A stretch of 64,000 nucleotides of DNA from an archaeon (GTDB lineage: Archaea > Iainarchaeota > Iainarchaeia > Iainarchaeales > JAAZKV01). Shown piece after piece: positions 62,213-64,000 of this stretch. The position numbers and the translations under genes were made by a program. Below the pieces are notes generated by a model. The model was not told the DNA's origin and searched no databases. It worked only from the letters and a program-made list of their open reading frames with translations. The stretch spans positions 678,876 to 742,875 of the forward strand of contig JBAZUY010000001.1 in NCBI GenBank assembly GCA_041661245.1. Direction: 5' to 3'. Every line of letters begins with the position of its first letter. The first letter of the stretch is position 1.

Positions 62213-62251
62213 ATTGGATTTAAAAAATGATTAATTAAATGGTTGATGATT

Positions 62252-63397
62252 ATGAGTGAAAGAAAAGTTATTTCAGGTTCGGATGTAATGGCGCACGCTG
62301 TAAAGATGTGCAGACCAAAGGTACTTCCAATGTTTCCAATTACTCCTAGTACATTAATTCCTGAAAGATTAAGTGAATTTGTTTTTAACGGCGAACTTGA
62401 TGCAAAACTAATACACGTTGAAAGTGAACACTCAGCAATTAGTGCGCTATATGGTGTTTATGCAACTGGTGTAAGAAGTTTCACTGCAACAGCTTCACAA
62501 GGACTAGCATTAATGCATGAAATAATTCCAATTGTTTCTGGATCAAGATTTCCTGCAGTAATGGCTGTGGCAAATAGAGCCCTATCAGGTCCACTAAATA
62601 TTTGGAACGATCAAAGTGACACAATTAGTGAAAGAGACCAAGGGTGGATACAACTTTATTGTGAAAATAACCAAGAAGCATTTGATACATTAATTATGGC
62701 TTACAAAATCGCTGAAAACTCTAAAGTACTTACTCCAGTAATGGTTTGTGTAGATGGATTTTATTTAACACACGCATACGAGCCAGTACAAATAGAAGAT
62801 CAAAAAGATGTTGATGAATTTTTGCCAGAATATAAACCACTCGATTTCTTGGACACATCTTCCCCTAAGACATTTGGAGCTTTTGCACAACCAAACTCTT
62901 ACATGGATTTTAAATTAGAGCAAGAAATTGCAATGGAAAATGCACTAAAAGTAATTAGTGAAGTTAATTCTGAGTTTGGTAAAAAGTTTGGAAGAACTTA
63001 CGGGGATGGATTAATTGAAACATATAATACTTCAAAAGCAAAAGTAGCTCTCCTTTGCCTTGGAAGCGTAGGCGGAACAATAAAAGAAGTAATTGATGAA
63101 TACAAAAAGAAAGGAAAAGAAATTGGATTAATTCGATTAAAATCCTACCGACCTTTTCCAACTGAGCAATTAAAAAAAGTTACAAAAAACATTAAAGCGA
63201 TTGGAGTAATTGATAAACACGCTTCAATTGGGTTTGGCGGAGCACTAACTAATGATGTAAAAGCAGCTCTCTTTGGAGAAAAAGTTCAAATTGAAAGTTT
63301 CATGGCCGGTTTAGGTGGAAGAGATATTGACCGAGCAAAAATTAGAGATGCAATTGAAACAATGATGAAAGGCAAAAGCGGAAAATGGTTAAAGTAG
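62252..63397 (+). CDS. porA: 2-oxoacid:ferredoxin oxidoreductase alpha subunit
   Basis: [29 protein letters not shown] and [13 protein letters not shown]. Confidence 0.85.
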   Translation: MSERKVISGSDVMAHAVKMCRPKVLPMFPITPSTLIPERLSEFVFNGELDAKLIHVESEHSAISALYGVYATGVRSFTATASQGLALMHEIIPIVSGSRFPAVMAVANRALSGPLNIWNDQSDTISERDQGWIQLYCENNQEAFDTLIMAYKIAENSKVLTPVMVCVDGFYLTHAYEPVQIEDQKDVDEFLPEYKPLDFLDTSSPKTFGAFAQPNSYMDFKLEQEIAMENALKVISEVNSEFGKKFGRTYGDGLIETYNTSKAKVALLCLGSVGGTIKEVIDEYKKKGKEIGLIRLKSYRPFPTEQLKKVTKNIKAIGVIDKHASIGFGGALTNDVKAALFGEKVQIESFMAGLGGRDIDRAKIRDAIETMMKGKSGKWLK

Positions 63398-63407
63398 GTT
63401 GATGTTT

Positions 63408-64000
63408 ATGGCTGTACTTGGAATTGATGAAAAAGAATATTTTGCAAGCGGACACAGGGCTTGTGCTGGATGCGGGGAAGCACTAGCAATAAGACACATC
63501 CTTAAAGCTGCTGGGCAAAAAACAATGATGGTAATGGCTACTGGATGCATGGAAGTAGTTTCAACCCCCTATCCTGAAACTTCATGGGAATTACCTTGGG
63601 TGCACTGCGCATTTGAAAACGCAAGTGCAGTAGCAAGCGGAGTAAGGGCTGCGCTTGAAGCGAAAGGAGAACACGACACTAATGTAATTGCAATAGGCGG
63701 AGACGGATCAAGTTTTGATATTGGATTTGGTTCACTAAGCGGAGCATTTGAACGCGGAACAAAATTCCTATACGTTTGCACGGATAACGAAGCATACATG
63801 AATACAGGAATTCAAAGAAGCGGAGCAACATTCCCATTTGCTAATACTACAACCTCCCCTGCAGGAAAAGTAATACACGGAAAACAAGAACCAAAAAAAC
63901 CACTCCCATTTATTTTAGCAGCACACGGAGCAAAATACATCGCAACAGCAAGCGTAATGAACTTATTTGATTTAAATAAAAAAGTAAAAAAAGCACTAGC
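63408..64000 (+). CDS. porB: 2-oxoacid:ferredoxin oxidoreductase beta subunit (ThDP-binding), 3' end cut by the window
   Basis: Not in the track because it is open-ended. My translation gives [30 protein letters not shown]...[21 protein letters not shown]...[13 protein letters not shown]. Confidence 0.8.
   Translation, partial: MAVLGIDEKEYFASGHRACAGCGEALAIRHILKAAGQKTMMVMATGCMEVVSTPYPETSWELPWVHCAFENASAVASGVRAALEAKGEHDTNVIAIGGDGSSFDIGFGSLSGAFERGTKFLYVCTDNEAYMNTGIQRSGATFPFANTTTSPAGKVIHGKQEPKKPLPFILAAHGAKYIATASVMNLFDLNKKVKKAL

Noticed and set aside
1-64000. Search for CRISPR arrays, rRNA, tRNA, transposases, integrases and toxin-antitoxin or restriction-type defence genes.
   Set aside because: I saw no regularly spaced direct repeats, no rRNA-like or cloverleaf sequences, and no ORF with recombinase, nuclease-defence or TA hallmarks. 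Intergenic regions are mostly under 120 bp.

Overview
AT-rich, very gene-dense chromosomal segment that reads as archaeal. Supporting hallmarks are an HMG-CoA synthase / thiolase / DUF35 trio, geranylgeranyl reductase with an adjacent ferredoxin, and a class III (pilin-type) signal peptide. Others are a RecJ/GAN-like DHH nuclease, a single-domain KaiC-like ATPase, a 7TM-DUF835 protein, and TATA-like boxes 25-35 nt upstream of start codons. I found no rRNA, tRNA, CRISPR array, transposase or integrase.

Core content:
(i) Isoprenoid-lipid genes are spread over several operons. They comprise GGR+ferredoxin, a GGPP synthase-like prenyltransferase, type 2 IPP isomerase, class II-like HMG-CoA reductase, HMGS/thiolase/DUF35, mevalonate kinase, a degenerate GHMP paralog, MVD and an ERG8-type PMK.
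(ii) A minus-strand leuBCD-ilvBNCD cluster.
(iii) A porGDAB-type 2-oxoacid:ferredoxin oxidoreductase operon, cut at the window end.
(iv) A ZIP transporter divergent from a NikR-like regulator.
(v) Two large surface proteins.

Most interesting, all unproven:
(1) An eight-gene radical-SAM-rich operon at 31.6-40.3 kb. It has two SPASM rSAMs, two B12-domain rSAMs, a DegT aminotransferase, a GT2, an orphan PEP-utilizer TIM-barrel domain and a GlnD-like nucleotidyltransferase. It sits directly after the lipid-precursor genes and matches no pathway I recognise.
(2) A 2723-aa LamG-rich surface protein translationally coupled to a bitopic coiled-coil partner and a KaiC-like ATPase, divergent from a 7TM-DUF835 sensor. 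All three membrane proteins carry similar SHOCT-like cytoplasmic motifs.
(3) A pilin-signal / LamG / C1q-like-head protein whose first ~600 nt have a sharply different composition.
(4) About a dozen lineage-specific ORFs with basic N-termini inserted at junctions of otherwise conserved mevalonate and BCAA operons, including a tandem paralog pair.
(5) Small RNA-level signals. These are a Leu/Val/Ile-rich 24-codon mini-ORF upstream of ilvB, mutually exclusive hairpins at the ilvN stop codon, a 46-bp intergenic element present twice, a 61-bp duplication of the hmgA 3' end, and an in-frame TGA in a HAD gene.

All functional calls rest on motif recognition by eye. No database search was run.
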